A stretch of DNA of 64,000 nucleotides, taken from assembly GCF_001447785.1 (NCBI RefSeq), contig NW_015170904.1, forward strand, positions 392,939 through 456,938. Reading direction: 5' to 3'. Source of the stretch: Gekko japonicus (Eukaryota). This document shows positions 49,159 through 62,264 of the stretch, piece after piece (within the stretch, counting starts at the first letter, position 1; each line of letters opens with the position of its first letter). The position numbers and the translations under genes are program-made. Under the pieces are notes generated by a model. That model ran no database searches, was not told where the DNA came from, and saw only the letters and a list, made by a program, of their open reading frames with translations.

Positions 49159-50117
49159 TGTAAAACTCTGCTCCGGGGGAGGGACAAGTTATTTTTGGAG
49201 GATTGTCTTCCTACTGCATGACTGGCTGACCTAAAAGGAGGGGGGAATCCTCCATAGAGAGTAGGGAAGAGCAAGCAGTGCACTCTATCAGCTCCCCCCC
49301 CCCCCCATGGTGATTTTTTAAAAATCCGATTGAAAGAAATAATGTTCTTTTAAAAACAAACCAATTAAATCTTTTAAGATGAACAAAGCCTCAGTAAATC
49401 AGTATTGCTAAAGTATGTTAGTGCATATGTGTTCCATTTCATTTGTAAGATAATATGCAATTTAGGGAGTAGGATTTTGTAAAACATTTTCTTTGGGAGA
49501 TGTGAGTTTTGCTTTTTGTTTTATTTTTTTTACTCCAGTCCTAAACTTTCATAGGAATGATGGTTAATGAATGTGAACTTTTTTAGATGCCATGGTACAG
49601 ATCCTTTTTTGTTGTTTTGTGGTTTTTATTCGCTCAAATCAACAGGGTGTTGGGGGTTTTTTTGCAAAGAATCTTTTCCCTTAGGTGTGTGTAGACTTAA
49701 GTGCAAATGGAGAAAAGAGCAAAGCAATTCATCCCTCCCCAAAAGAGAAACCCATCCTGGACCTAATTTTTTAAAAATACTACATTCAAGTTAATTTTTA
49801 TTTGAAAAGTATGGTGGACATCGTCATATAGAAATCGAAGGGCAAATGAAGGCATGAGAATAGATGTCTAAGTTATGTGGAACTCAGCCTGCCAATAGAA
49901 ACATGAAATGTGAGAATGTACAGCACACCTTTGCAAAGGTAAAACAAGCTACTTCTTAAATACTTGGGTCATGATCTATCTAAGCTTAAGTCCCATTGAT
50001 TTCAACAGGAGGATTATGGTCATGCTTAAATCTTATCCATTTAAATCTGTGGATTTTTAAATGTACTACACTGTGGCTGCATTGTACCCCACTGTCTACT
50101 TTGGCTGCTGCTGCCAT

Positions 50118-50153
50118 TATTATTATTGTTATTATTATTATTATTATTATTAT
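50118..50153. repeat. (TTA)n microsatellite
   Basis: Direct observation. Confidence 0.9.
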
Positions 50154-50616
50154 TTCTCCCATAGTCAACTCATTATCTGGAAGCGTGTGTGGTGGATGTG
50201 TGCATGCACACTCACACATATCAGTGCTCACTATTTTTTGCACACTCTACTATCTTCTTTCCTCCTTTGATTTATTTTTCTATGGGGATATGTTTGGAAA
50301 TGTTGAGTCTTTTTTTAGATGAAAAAGAAAAGTCAAACAACTCCTGTGTTTAAAAAGATTCCATCCCCCTATTTGGAAATGATGTAGTTTAAAACAATCC
50401 ACACAATGTGTACCTAATAGTTCTATATAATAATTGTTATAATCTGCAAAAATCTAGAAACTCTATTTAAAAATAATATATATTCTGAATAACTGTTTTT
50501 TGAGAGGGAACATAAAGGTGGGTAGTGGGAATTAGTAGCCTTTAATTAGACATGGAGAAATTCACATTTTAAGGGATTTATGTTAGAACATGGAATGGCG
50601 GGTGGCTTGTTTCCTC

Positions 50617-50804
50617 NNNNNNNNNNNNNNNNNNNNNNNNNNNNNNNNNNNNNNNNNNNNNNNNNNNNNNNNNNNNNNNNNNNNNNNNNNNNNNNNNNNN
50701 NNNNNNNNNNNNNNNNNNNNNNNNNNNNNNNNNNNNNNNNNNNNNNNNNNNNNNNNNNNNNNNNNNNNNNNNNNNNNNNNNNNNNNNNNNNNNNNNNNNN
50801 NNNN
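50617..50804. other. Assembly gap
   Basis: N run. Confidence 1.
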
Positions 50805-51836
50805 TAATAAGACATTCAGCTTTGCCTGTTAAGTATTTTTAAAAGTTCATTCTCAGTTTTGCAAGAAAATACATATTTTAATGCTCAGAGCTGGACAGAG
50901 GTAGTCCAGTGACACAGTTGTAAACATAAAGGGGGAAGGGGTTGTTTTCTTTTACTCAGCCAATTCCTTTGACATTGCTGCTTTACATTTGTGGCCCATG
51001 TGCAGTTACAATGAGCCACCAAGCCCGCCCCTCCCCGATTTATAATATTTGAACAGTGTGTGCCATGCTTCTTGGTTAATTAAATCACGTTTGGCATGAG
51101 AATGATTTTGCTACTGTACATTTACTGTATACATTTTAGTAATGATTGATCTACAGAAACACGTTACTGGCTGTCTGGCTGACACTGACAGAACCACTGG
51201 CCCCACCTTCCTACCTATTTTAATGAGAAGAGAACAGCCAAAAAAAAAAGCCTCTTGTACAGTTCCACCTCCAAAATCTGCTGTGGAGATATGATTAGAT
51301 TAGAGGAAATTGAATTGTAGGCTGCCTATTATGTTATCATGTCATCAGCTTGCTGGAGTCCTGGCATACAGGACAGAGTTAGTGAGATACCCTTCTCTTG
51401 ACCCCCCCCCTCCTCCCCAACCCTAAGCCATTCTGTAGAAAATTTGAGCAGAACTGCACTCGCATGTAGAAAATGTCTTAATCTTCTAGCATGTATAGTA
51501 GCCCTGGGTAAGCAAGAACACTAGCTCATTTTGAGAAGTCTTTTGGTGGTGGCATGAAAGACACCTGTACATTGATACCTGAAGTTCAAGGTTAAAAGTG
51601 GTAAAAAGATTTTGCTGCTGTCCTGTTGCTATAGAGGATATCTCTAACATGTTCTGACTTATTCAGTAGATTTTTTTAAATTTTTTTGAAAATAATGAGC
51701 ATATATTAACTTTTAACAGGATAATCTATGTCATGATGTCTTTAGTTAAATTTTATTTAAGGTAATGTTACTCAGCTGTAGACCTGTCTGCTGGAAAAAT
51801 CTTTTCTCTGTTCTAAAACATATATTTGTTTAGGGA

Positions 51837-52160
51837 NNNNNNNNNNNNNNNNNNNNNNNNNNNNNNNNNNNNNNNNNNNNNNNNNNNNNNNNNNNNNNNN
51901 NNNNNNNNNNNNNNNNNNNNNNNNNNNNNNNNNNNNNNNNNNNNNNNNNNNNNNNNNNNNNNNNNNNNNNNNNNNNNNNNNNNNNNNNNNNNNNNNNNNN
52001 NNNNNNNNNNNNNNNNNNNNNNNNNNNNNNNNNNNNNNNNNNNNNNNNNNNNNNNNNNNNNNNNNNNNNNNNNNNNNNNNNNNNNNNNNNNNNNNNNNNN
52101 NNNNNNNNNNNNNNNNNNNNNNNNNNNNNNNNNNNNNNNNNNNNNNNNNNNNNNNNNNNN
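51837..52160. other. Assembly gap
   Basis: N run. Confidence 1.
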
Positions 52161-53552
52161 TGGTGCACCACAATAATGCAAGACACAAGATGTAACATTT
52201 AAAGGATTCATTATCTTACTGAGTGTTCCCTTAAGAAGCTGGGATTAACAGGGGGTGGAAGTGTCTTTTCAGTCTTCAGCATTACAGGCCTCCCAATAAA
52301 CAAACTACAGATTCTTTTGGTACCCTCGCCATCTTTAAGAAAAGAACAAACCATGTACCCTTGTATACTACTTGGTCGTAATCCTAGGATAGAACTATAG
52401 CTTATTCCTCATCTGCTGTAGCATCCACATACAGAACTGCGCAATAGACAAGTTGTCAAGTGCGCTCTAGGCTTAGCAAGATACAAGGCAGTCATTAAAA
52501 TTTAAGCACATCAGCTTCAAAAAGCCAATTTGGCCTATACTAGATGGATATGCAAATCATAATTTTTCTATCTTTTCTACTGTGTGTTCTGTTCTCCAGT
52601 TTTGTTCTTTGGATCTTAACTGAATTAAATCTGAATATATTTTTTAAAGGATTTCAGTTTCATGTATATGTCCCCCTAATTTTAAAATAGTTAGAATATT
52701 CCATGAACTTCAGTACAATCGTATGCAGACTTGCTTACATCTAAGCCTATTGGAATCATTCTGATACTTTCAACTACGTCATAGAAAAATGGTTCAGATT
52801 TGTACCTAACAATGTATCATGGATATATATATATATATTTGCTTACTGCTTTGGCAAGACTGTTGCATCCTTAAATCTCCATGAAAGCAAACACCGTTTT
52901 TCTTTGGGGCACTTGTGTATGTCAAGAGAGTTTCGTTGGCTAAAAATTATTATTAGGCTCTTGGAAATCTTGTCTTGAACAACATCCCATGACCCAAAAT
53001 AGTTTGTTCTGTTTTCTATAAACATTCACATTAGTCATTTCCTGGGTGAACAGTATAAAAAAGGTTGAGCAATGCTACTCTGTTGCTTACCTCCTCCACC
53101 CTTCCACCCTTTAAATGGTACATAGCAAACAAAGGGGAAGTTGTATGTTTGGTTTGCCAACTGTTGGTATTTAATGGATTCTTGTCTGCACATGAGCTCA
53201 ATTTATGTGTCTCCCATATATTTGTATCATCATGGTTCCATGCACTTTTTTTCATGGGAGTCCTGGTCTTCTGGAATTCTCACAGTGTCAGCCTTCAGAA
53301 TCAAAAGCAATGGAGCCCTTTGATTCCATAACTTCTCTCTTAGGATTTACCCTAGCTTAGGATTTACCCTAGCCAAGCTTTCTTGCACCTTTGGAATATA
53401 TAGCAACACATTTTCCCAGGTGTCTTTCTTTAGTACAATTGTGGGGAGGGAGGGGTTCATAGATTTTTGTTTTGTTTTAGCCATAATTACAAGATATATA
53501 TCACCATTGTGCTCCAGGGATGCAGTGAGGAGTCCCTACACACATATCAAAT

Positions 53553-53675
53553 ATAGAACAAAGTTCGAATCCAGTGGCACCTTTAAGACCAACAGAGTTT
53601 AACTCTTAAAGGTGCCACTGGTCTCAAACTTCGTTCTGTTGCTTCAAACCAATACAGCTACCAACTTGAATCTAT
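53553..53675. mobile_element. Penelope-like inverted pLTR junction
   Basis: ccagtggcacctttaaga ... tcttaaaggtgccactgg, a perfect 18-bp inverted repeat. Confidence 0.65.
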
Positions 53676-55776
53676 ACTCAGATATGTGATAGAACTCACT
53701 GTTGAATTGCACATTATAACTTAGAAACAGAAAGTTTTAAAACAAAATAAGCAACTAGTATAAATTTTAGACATTCTCAGGACTGAATAATATTGTCTCT
53801 AGTAAAATGTTTTCACCTGGATATCATCTGAATCAGTGAAATGTCACCTTCTCAATTGTATAGACTGGATACAGGATCTTCCTCTGAACATTTTTTTTAA
53901 AAGTAGCAAGTGAATACATTGCCACTATTGTCTAGATAATTCACTGGATTTCCTTCAAATAACCATTTATAACATTTATAAAGCTATCTGATGTTATTAT
54001 ACTTAGAAAATAATGCAGTTTGAAAAAAGATGACACGTCATTCATATGTTCTTCTCAGCCTTAGTTTCCTGAGAATTACAACTGGTGACAAGGGTGTTGG
54101 GAGCCTGGCCTGGGGCAGTGCGGGCCGCACCATCAGAGTGTGGAACGAGTAAGGCAAGGGCACCAACTCAAGTAGCATAGTCAAGGTCCAGTCTAAGCAC
54201 AGAGTCAAGACCCGTCAGTAGTCTGGTCTGAGAGTCAGATAGTACAGTCAGGTCTGGAAGTCCAAGAGTTATCTACGAGCAGGTTCAAGGGTGAGATGAA
54301 GGCAGATTCAGGATATGCTGGTCATGCTTGCAGCCAGCTGCTTGAGAGTAAACCTGCAGCTACTCATCTTTGCTATAAGCAAGCAGCTGGCATCAGGCAA
54401 GGAGATGTGCACTTTGTTGCCTCTCCTGTAGCTCTATTCTTAGTGTCCATCTGCAGATTCTATGGGTGTGGGTGATACTGGAGGACTAGAGACAACCAAT
54501 GGACTCTCTCCTGTTGGATGGGGGCTGGAGGGTGTTGGTGGCTCTGCACCAGTTGTTGACTGTGAACCCTGACAAGCCTGCAGCTCATCTTCCTGCTTGC
54601 GAGCTTCTGCTGGTTCAGAGCTGGTTACACGGGGCTCCTCTTCTCCTGAGTAGGTTGGGAGGACATTGTAAACACAGGATGAGGTGATGAAGTGAAAAGA
54701 GACAATTAAGTAAAATCACCTCCTCGTCCTCCTCCTTACAGGACTTCCCGCTCATAATTATGCATTTATTTGTCATTTATTTGTGACCTTCAAATCCTGT
54801 CCTTCTGGCGAGCTCAGGATCAGCATACTTGACGCCATTTTCCTCCCTTCAGTTATGTGGACTTCTGTGCCTCAGTCAACTAAGGATGCCCACTGTATGG
54901 ATTTAGTTGAGGCATATCGTTTTTCTAAATTGTGGCCATAGACAGTTGCATACAACACTAAAGCATTAAATTATGGTAAAATTGGTGGTTCACTACATAA
55001 ACTTTCACAGTGAACAAATTTTGAGTCCAGTGGCACCTTTAAGAGAGGGCAGGAAGGGTTGCATCCGTGCTTAGTTCTTGAGGCAGACTCAGCATGGGTT
55101 CTGTAAGGAAAGATCTTGTCTCTCTAACCTGTTAGTGTTCTTTGAAGGGGTGAACAAACATGTGGACAAGAGCGTCCCAATAGATGTTGTTTACCTTGAC
55201 TTCCAGAAAGCTTTTGATAAAGTTCCTCATCAAAGGCTCCTAAGTAAGCTCAATAGTCATGGGATAAAAGGACAAGACCCCTTGTTGATAAAAAACTGGC
55301 TAATCAATAGGAAACAGAGAGGGAGTATAAATGGGCAAATTTCTCAGTGGAGGGTGGTAAGCAGTGGGGTACCACAGGGATCATACTCAGTCCAATGCTT
55401 TTTAACTTGTTCATTAATGATTTGGAGTTGGGAGTAAGCAGTGAAGTGGCTAAATTTGTGGATGACACTAAATTGTTCAGGGTGGTGAGAACCAGAGAGG
55501 ATTGTGAGGCACTCCAAAGGGATCTGTCGAGGATGGGTGAGTGGTTGGTAATGTGGCAAATTGGGTTCAGTGTGGCCAAGTGCAAAGTGATGCACATTGG
55601 GACCAAAAATCCCAATATCCAAACTGTCAGAGACTGACCAAGAGAGAGATCTTGGAGTCATAGTAAATAACTCACTGAAAATGTCGAAACAGTGTGCGAC
55701 TGCAATAAAAAAAGGCTAACACTATACTGGGGATTATTAGGAAGGGAACTGAAAACAAATCAGCCAGTATCATAAT

Positions 55777-56175
55777 CAAAGCTCCCTCTAAGCTGTGGAG
55801 TCTTGTGAGCAAAAATTCTACTTCGTGAGATACTGGCATTAAGGTTGTGAGTGAGCGATTTGGCTGCTGCATAAATTAGTTTTCTCTAGAGCCATCCTTC
55901 CTGAGCTAAGACAAAAGCGTGTGTGAGCCAGAGGCTAAAAAAACTGTGAGCTAGCTCACACTAACTCAGCTTAGAGGGAGCCCATTGTCACCCCATTGAT
56001 CACCATGGTTGATTCATCTGATCTGGCTTGCTAGGCGGGTGTCCACTACCTCCCTCACCGCTCCATGTGCGTCCCTCCCAAAGCTGCGCGCTCGGTGGAA
56101 GAGGATGACCATCCCAGATAGAAGGAGTGTACCGTTCTTTGGTCAAGGGTATAAGATAGCTTAGAGGGAACTCTG
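55777..56175. mobile_element. hAT MITE carrying a 7SK fragment
   Basis: TIRs caaagctccctctaagct / agcttagagggaactctg; perfect 8-bp TSD atcataat (55769-55776, 56176-56183). Confidence 0.9.
55983..56161 (+). pseudogene. RN7SK: 7SK snRNA pseudogene fragment (roughly nt 30-200)
   Basis: tgtcaccccattgatc...ctaggcgggtgtcc...cctccctcaccgctccatgtgcgtccctccc...gctgcgcgctcggt...ggtcaagggtata matches vertebrate 7SK as I recall it. Confidence 0.92.
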
Positions 56176-56929
56176 ATCATAATGCCCCTATATAAATCGA
56201 TGGTGCAACCTCATTTGAAATACTGTGTGCAATTCTGGTCACCACACCTCAGAAAGGATTTTATAGCATTGGGGAAAAAGGGCAGAAAAGGGCAGCTAGA
56301 ATGATAAAAGGGTTGGAACACTTTCCCTATGAAGAAAGGTTAAAGCTCTTGGGGCACTTTAGCTTGGAGAAACGACAGCTGTAGGGTGACATGATCGAGG
56401 TACTTACTTCTATTTATTAGCTTCTATGACCAAAGGTGTACAAGATTATGCATGGGATAGAGCAGGTAGAGAAAGAAGTACTTTTCTCCCTTTCTCACAA
56501 TACAAGAACTCGTGGGCACTCAATGAAATTGCTGAGCAGTCAGGTTAGAACGGATAAATGGAAGTACTTCACTCAAAGAGTGATTAACACATGGAATTCA
56601 CTGCCACAGGAGGTGGCGGCGGCTACAAGCATGGACAGCTTCAAGAGGAAATTGGATAAACATAGGGAGCAGAGGTCAATCAGTGGCTATTAGCCGCTCT
56701 CAGTCTGGGGCAAGTGATGCACTGTATTCTTGGTGCTTGGGGGGGGGCAACAGTGGGAGGGCTTCTACTGTCCTCGCCCCACTGGTGGACCTCCTGATGG
56801 CACCTGGTAATTTTGGCCACTGTGTGACAGGAGTGTTGGACTGGATGGGCCATTGGCCTGATCCAACATTGGCTTCTCTTATGTTTTCGTGTTCTTATGG
56901 CCCTTTATTACACACCAAGGGAGATGCTG

Positions 56930-57131
56930 ATCACCAGTTTGGGGTCAAGAAGCATTTTTTCCTTTAGGCAAGTTTGGCTGGGGATTCTGGAGGGTTTTTG
57001 TCATCTTCTGGGCATGGAACCGGGGTCACTGGAGGTGTGGGGAGGAGGTATTTGTGAATGTTTTGAATTTTGCAGAGGGTTGGACTAGATGACCCTGGAG
57101 GTCCCTTCCAACTTTATGATTCTGTGATTCT
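56930..57131 (+). mobile_element. Second CR1-type 3' tail
   Basis: gggttggactagatgacc...ggtcccttccaac..tatgattctgtgattct. Confidence 0.75.
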
Positions 57132-59099
57132 AAAAGTTTATTCAAGGTATGAGCTTTCATGTGCACACACACCTCCTCAGATTTTGACTATATCTAATCC
57201 CATCATAAAACCATTTTCTTCTGTGAAACATTTGCCGTAACTCTTGGCCCTGGGATGCTAGAGAAACTTAGCCTATGGCCCTGTATCTGTAATTGTATGC
57301 TTCCCATTTTTACCTTTGCCTCTACTTTCCCTCTCTTATCTTTCCTAGCCAGTCTAGTCACACATACCCCTTTTTTAGATTGCCAGTTCCCTGGTGTAGG
57401 GCATACCCTTTTTGCTCCTGCAAAATGTCAAGTTGGTTTCAGTATAATATAATGCAGCATAATGTCACCTGAATCTTACTTGCAACTTGGTCCTGATTTC
57501 AAAAAAAGGCCTTCTAGGTAAAACAACCTCAATCTCTGAGCATGTTTTGGTGGGACTATTGCAGAACAGGGATGCTGTGAATTTCACCACGTACGTGTTT
57601 GACAGTCAAAATTTTTGTGTTTGAAGGTGTTGATCAGATGTGAGCCTATCCCCCAGCCTGTTTGGTTCATGCTGAACAGCCATGAGTACCTGCTGACCAG
57701 GTTCACCTCGGGTTTGTGCAAATCAGCGCATGTTCAAACTGATTAGCAGCCCATAGTGTCATGAAGGACTACTTAGAGGAACACCAAAGGGTAGGATTTT
57801 ATTAAAACACAGCATTTATTTATGACTGATGGATATGATTTGTGTCTGATCTAATAGTCTTATTTTTAAAATTGCCTGCTGAGTGGAGCAATTATGCAGC
57901 AAGGACAAGGGGTAGTAGAACTCGGGCTGTGTGAGAATGTGCCTATGTGAAAAGCAGCTGTATTGTACGGTTAGGGAGGAATGCAGCAGAGCAGTCTGTT
58001 GAACAACCATAAACAGGCTGGTGAACAGTCAAGCCTATCATCAGAAATCAGCTCCCTGGTCTTAACCGTCAAACAGGATGTCGGCAGAACTTGTGCATGT
58101 TTGAGGATCCTCAGCAGAGAAGGGTTAGAAGTTGTGAGAATGCTGTAGTGATCATCTCTTTACATATCAGTTCTGTCCACACAGAAACTAGGTTGAAAGC
58201 TATATGCCATGCCTTTACCAAAAGTAAACATTAATTTTAAAAATAGACCTTTCAAGTGAGTAGGAATAGACTTTTTGTAAATGACAGGTGGGGGATCAAT
58301 GACATTTACACACCCAAAATGTCTTTAGGGAAACTGAGTTGAAAGAAGACTCTGGAAATTTAGCAGAAATAAGTTACCCCTGCCATATTAGTTGCAGGAT
58401 GTGTTGGATGGTGATTTAAATATTTTTAAAATGACAAGTCGAGGGATCAAATACATGGGATACGATAGAACACTTTTTGCTACTATTTATGATGGGAGAG
58501 TCTAAGATAAGTGTTGGTATGCAAGTGTGAAAGTGAGTATTCAGTGCAGAAGTTTAAAAGCTGAGGACTTCTAATAGGCTTTAGAAGAAAGTGTAGATGA
58601 TGCCTAGGAAATCTTGTATAATAAACAATTGAATTCAACTTTGGGTCATGTTAGCCTTGTAAATGCTTTGGCTGATGTAGAACTGCCTTAAATGGTATTT
58701 ACTAGTGCTGTCTGATTGATTATTTTTTTTTTTTGTAATTCATCTAGAGTCTCCGCAAGAAAGGTGGCCGATAGATGAAATAAATAAAAAATAAATAACC
58801 AAATAAGTAAGTAATCTGACACTCCTGAACAAAATAAAAGAGAACAACTTTGGAATTTCTAGATTATAAATAAATGGTTTTATTGCTGCACACATCAACA
58901 GATAAGCTAATTTTATTTATTCATTCTCATTAAATCCCCTTATGATGAGGTACAGAGAGAGTGCAAAAGAAAACTCTTATTAACAGAATGCATCCTGTTC
59001 CTCTGTTAGTTCAAATGTCTTACATCAGTTTGGATGCTAGTGGAAGGGCAGATTCCTCTCAATGTGGACTCCCATTTCACACCCCGTGTTCATATTGAG

Positions 59100-60096
59100 A
59101 ATTTTATTATTTATTTATTTGTTTGTTTATTTAAATTTATAACCTGCCGTCCCCTCGAACGGGCTCAGGGTGGCGTACAGATGGGGCCAATGCCCAATCC
59201 ATAAAACATTAAAACTGCATTTAAGTGCTTGCCATAATATCTAACAAGGGAACAGATGACGTCATCAGGATAGTATCCTTAGTGGCCACAGCTCCACGTA
59301 GTACCACCATTTTAGCGCTCACGGCGAGTTGGTAATAATGGGCTATGACAGATGGTAACAGTCGTGGCGGCTCCTACTCAAACACCTGGCGGAAGAGCTC
59401 CATCTTACAGGCCCTGCGGAACTGTGCAATGTCCCGCAGGGCCCGGATCTCCTCTGGGAGCTCATTCCACCAGATAGGAACTGCCACCGAAAAAGCCCTA
59501 GACCTAGTCGCCACTAATCTGGCCTCCTTGGGACCTGGAACCACCAGGAGATGTTTAGTCCCGGACCGTAGTGCTCGTTGGGGAACATATGGGGAAAGGC
59601 CGTCCTGTAGGTATGTCAGACCCTGGCCATCTAGGGCTTTAAAGGTAAGAACCAGCACTTTGAAGCGAATCCGGTATGCTATCGGCAGCCAGTGCAGTGC
59701 TTTCAGCACAGGCTGGATGTGTGCCTCCCTAAGAAGGCCCATCAACAGCCTGGCTGCAGCATTCTGCACCAGCTGCAGCTTCCGGATTTGCGACAAAGGC
59801 AGCCGCATGTAGAGAGTGTTATAATGGTCTAGCCTCGAGGTGACCGTCGCATGGATCACTGTGGCTAGGTCGCCACGGTCGAGAAAGGGAACCAAATGCC
59901 GAGCCAGCCGAAGATGGTAAAAGGCTGCTTTGGCAGTGGCTGCTACCTGGGCCTCCATAGATAATGTGGAGTCCAGGAGCACCCCCAAACTCCTAACCTC
60001 CGACGCTGGCACCAAAGGTGCCCCCTCAAAGGTCGGGAGCGGGAGCCCCAACCCCAAACCACATCAACTCAAACCCAGGACCTCCGTCTTTGCCGG
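59100..60096 (-). mobile_element. L2-clade LINE 3' portion
   Basis: 227-aa ORF 59374-60057 (VTSRLD...LHWLPIAYRIRFKVL); (taaa)n tail. Confidence 0.9.
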
Positions 60097-60655
60097 ATTT
60101 ATTTATTTATTTATTTATTCTGGGATTTATATCCCCCCCTACCCGTACGGCTCAGGGCGGCAAAACAAGCGGCAAGCGCCGAGAGTAAAACACATGTTAC
60201 ATTAAAATTTCAAATACATCAATTAAAATGGTGATGTTAAACAACATTGGGGATAATACAGCCCCCTGGGGCACCCCGCATTCAAGGGGGTGTCTCTGGG
60301 ACTGCTGTTCCCCTATCACCACCCTTTATCCCCTACCTTGTAGGAAAGAGGCAAGCCATTGAAGGGCAAGTCCCTGAATCCCTGCGTTGGCGAGGCGGTG
60401 GGTCAGCAACTGGTGGTCGACCGTATCAAATGCGGCCGACAGATCTAATAACAACAGTGCCGCCACACCGCCCCGATCCAAATGCCTACGGAGGTCGTCA
60501 GTCAGAGCGACCAGTACCGTCTCCATCCCATGCCCTGGACGGAAGCCGGACTGGAAAGGATCTAGGACGGAAGCGTCATCCAGAAAGCCCTGCAACTGTA
60601 ACACCACCGCTCTCTCGATAGGTTTGCCCAAATAGGGCAAATTGGACACCTTCTG
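60097..60655 (-). mobile_element. L2 tail joined to an L2 RT N-terminal fragment
   Basis: (taaa)n tail at 60097-60119; ORF 60326-60721 with FQSGFRPGHGMETVL...LLLLDLSAAFDTVDH. Confidence 0.8.
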
Positions 60656-61933
60656 ATCCCAGGAACAGTATTTTGGGGAGCCCAGTGGACTACAGCAGGA
60701 CGGACGAGATCCATTCTGCAAATGCGGCTCCTCTCATTCTCCTTTAGGCCCCACCCACTATATTTATAATCTAAATTCTGGGTGGCCAGTTTGTGCCATG
60801 GCTACTATAACAGACACAGGTAATAGTGTTCTCTGACTTTCCTGTTCTGGAGTACAAGGACCTCTAGGCCTGGCGATGACATAGATTTAGCTATACTCCC
60901 ATTTACTTGTTGACTCAGTAGACAGAAGTAAAACCACAATATTGTACCAGGGAGATCTGTTTTGAGGAGGGCATGCCTTAGCAGCAGGACCTCAAGCTTT
61001 GCACATGACTTCTTGGACATTTGCAGTAAAGGTTGTCTACCATTAGCCTGATATTTTTTTTTAAGTATTTCATGGAAACAGTTGACCCCCAGTGCATCTC
61101 TGTTCCCATTTCTGAAAAAAAAAATACATTATTCCTAAATATTGGTTTTGGTTATATAATATGGTATAGCATTCTCAGAAACAAGGCTGGTAAAAATCAC
61201 CATATCCTCAGAGATGCAGAACTTAGAACCCTCTCCCCTTTGAAGCAACAATAGTCATGAATGATTACTCCTGCAGTTCCATGAGCCATGCACATTGTAT
61301 TTTCCCTGTAGGTTAGGTTTCAGTTTTTCCATTTGTCTTGGTCTGGAGTTTCACATCCTTGTCATCTCTCATTGCCCATCATGTGTTGCCATGGCTGGGA
61401 GGGTATCAGACTTAATTGTGCTATTTTATTTTCCTGCAGCATCATTATGTTATATTTATTTGTTTATGCTCAAAATGTATATCCTGTTTCTCTCTATAAA
61501 ATGTCTGTAAGGTGCTCACAACAGCAAGTAACAAAAATCACAACAAAATAACAATAAAAACAGAAGCAAAACCAGATGGACATTATGGATAAAGACAGTG
61601 CAAAAAAAATAATAATGAATTAGGTTAGAAATCACAAAGAGGACAATTTAAAGCAGCATGGTTTTAGTTGGATGAATGGTATCTCATTTTCATGGGAGAA
61701 GTTAGGATGGGCTCTTCAGTAAAACAGCAATCAAGTTTCCATTAATACTACTCCCTAATTATTATTTCACAGGAGTCTACTATTTGTTATGTGATCCTTT
61801 ACCCATAGCTCATCTGAGCTAGAAATTAATTTCTCCAATACCAATTTTGTTCCTTAAAAAAGGAAGAGGGAAGAAACACTGCTGGAAGGACACTAGCGAA
61901 GCTCCACAATGTCCATATAGGATGCATAACTGT

Positions 61934-62264
61934 GGCCCCGGTCACACGGAAGATTTTGGCCCGGGAGAGGGACAGATCGGGGGCGCAGCAAACAGGCGCG
62001 ATCTCACCGCAACATCTGGGAAGCGGCACGCACCCGTCCCTGATCCGTCCCTAATCCCGGAAAAGCTGCTGCAAAAAAGAACCTCCTACAGAGGAGGACT
62101 TACCTGAAGCACCGCAGCAAGCGTGGCCGTGGGATCCGCCGCGCCCGTCGTCCGGAGCAATCCAGGCTCCCGGCCGAACTGCGCACGCGCACACATGCGC
62201 AGTTCGGCAGCCTCGCTCTCCCTTCAGTAGCTTCCCCCCCGGCATCTGATCTGTGCGGCGGACC
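61934..62264. mobile_element. CpG-rich MITE with PIF/Harbinger-like TIRs
   Basis: ggccccggtcacacgg ... ctgtgcggcggacc; related to 8075-8592. Confidence 0.65.

Larger units (their letters stand above)
55075..56897 (+). mobile_element. CR1 LINE, 5' truncated (RT to 3' tail)
   Basis: QHGFCKERSCLSNLL, DVVYLDFQKAFDKVPH, GVPQGS, KFVDDTKL, ORF2 C-terminus and tail; frameshifted. Confidence 0.95.

Noticed and set aside
22587-52211. ORFs containing X runs
   Set aside because: Artefacts of N gaps
53338-53373. 17-bp tandem duplication cttaggatttaccctag
   Set aside because: Ordinary slippage or repair duplication
54095-54740. Gypsy-like solo LTR
   Set aside because: Composition is suggestive but no TSD or firm termini
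55983-56161. Functional 7SK gene
   Set aside because: Lacks both ends, an upstream PSE/TATA and a terminator; lies within TEs
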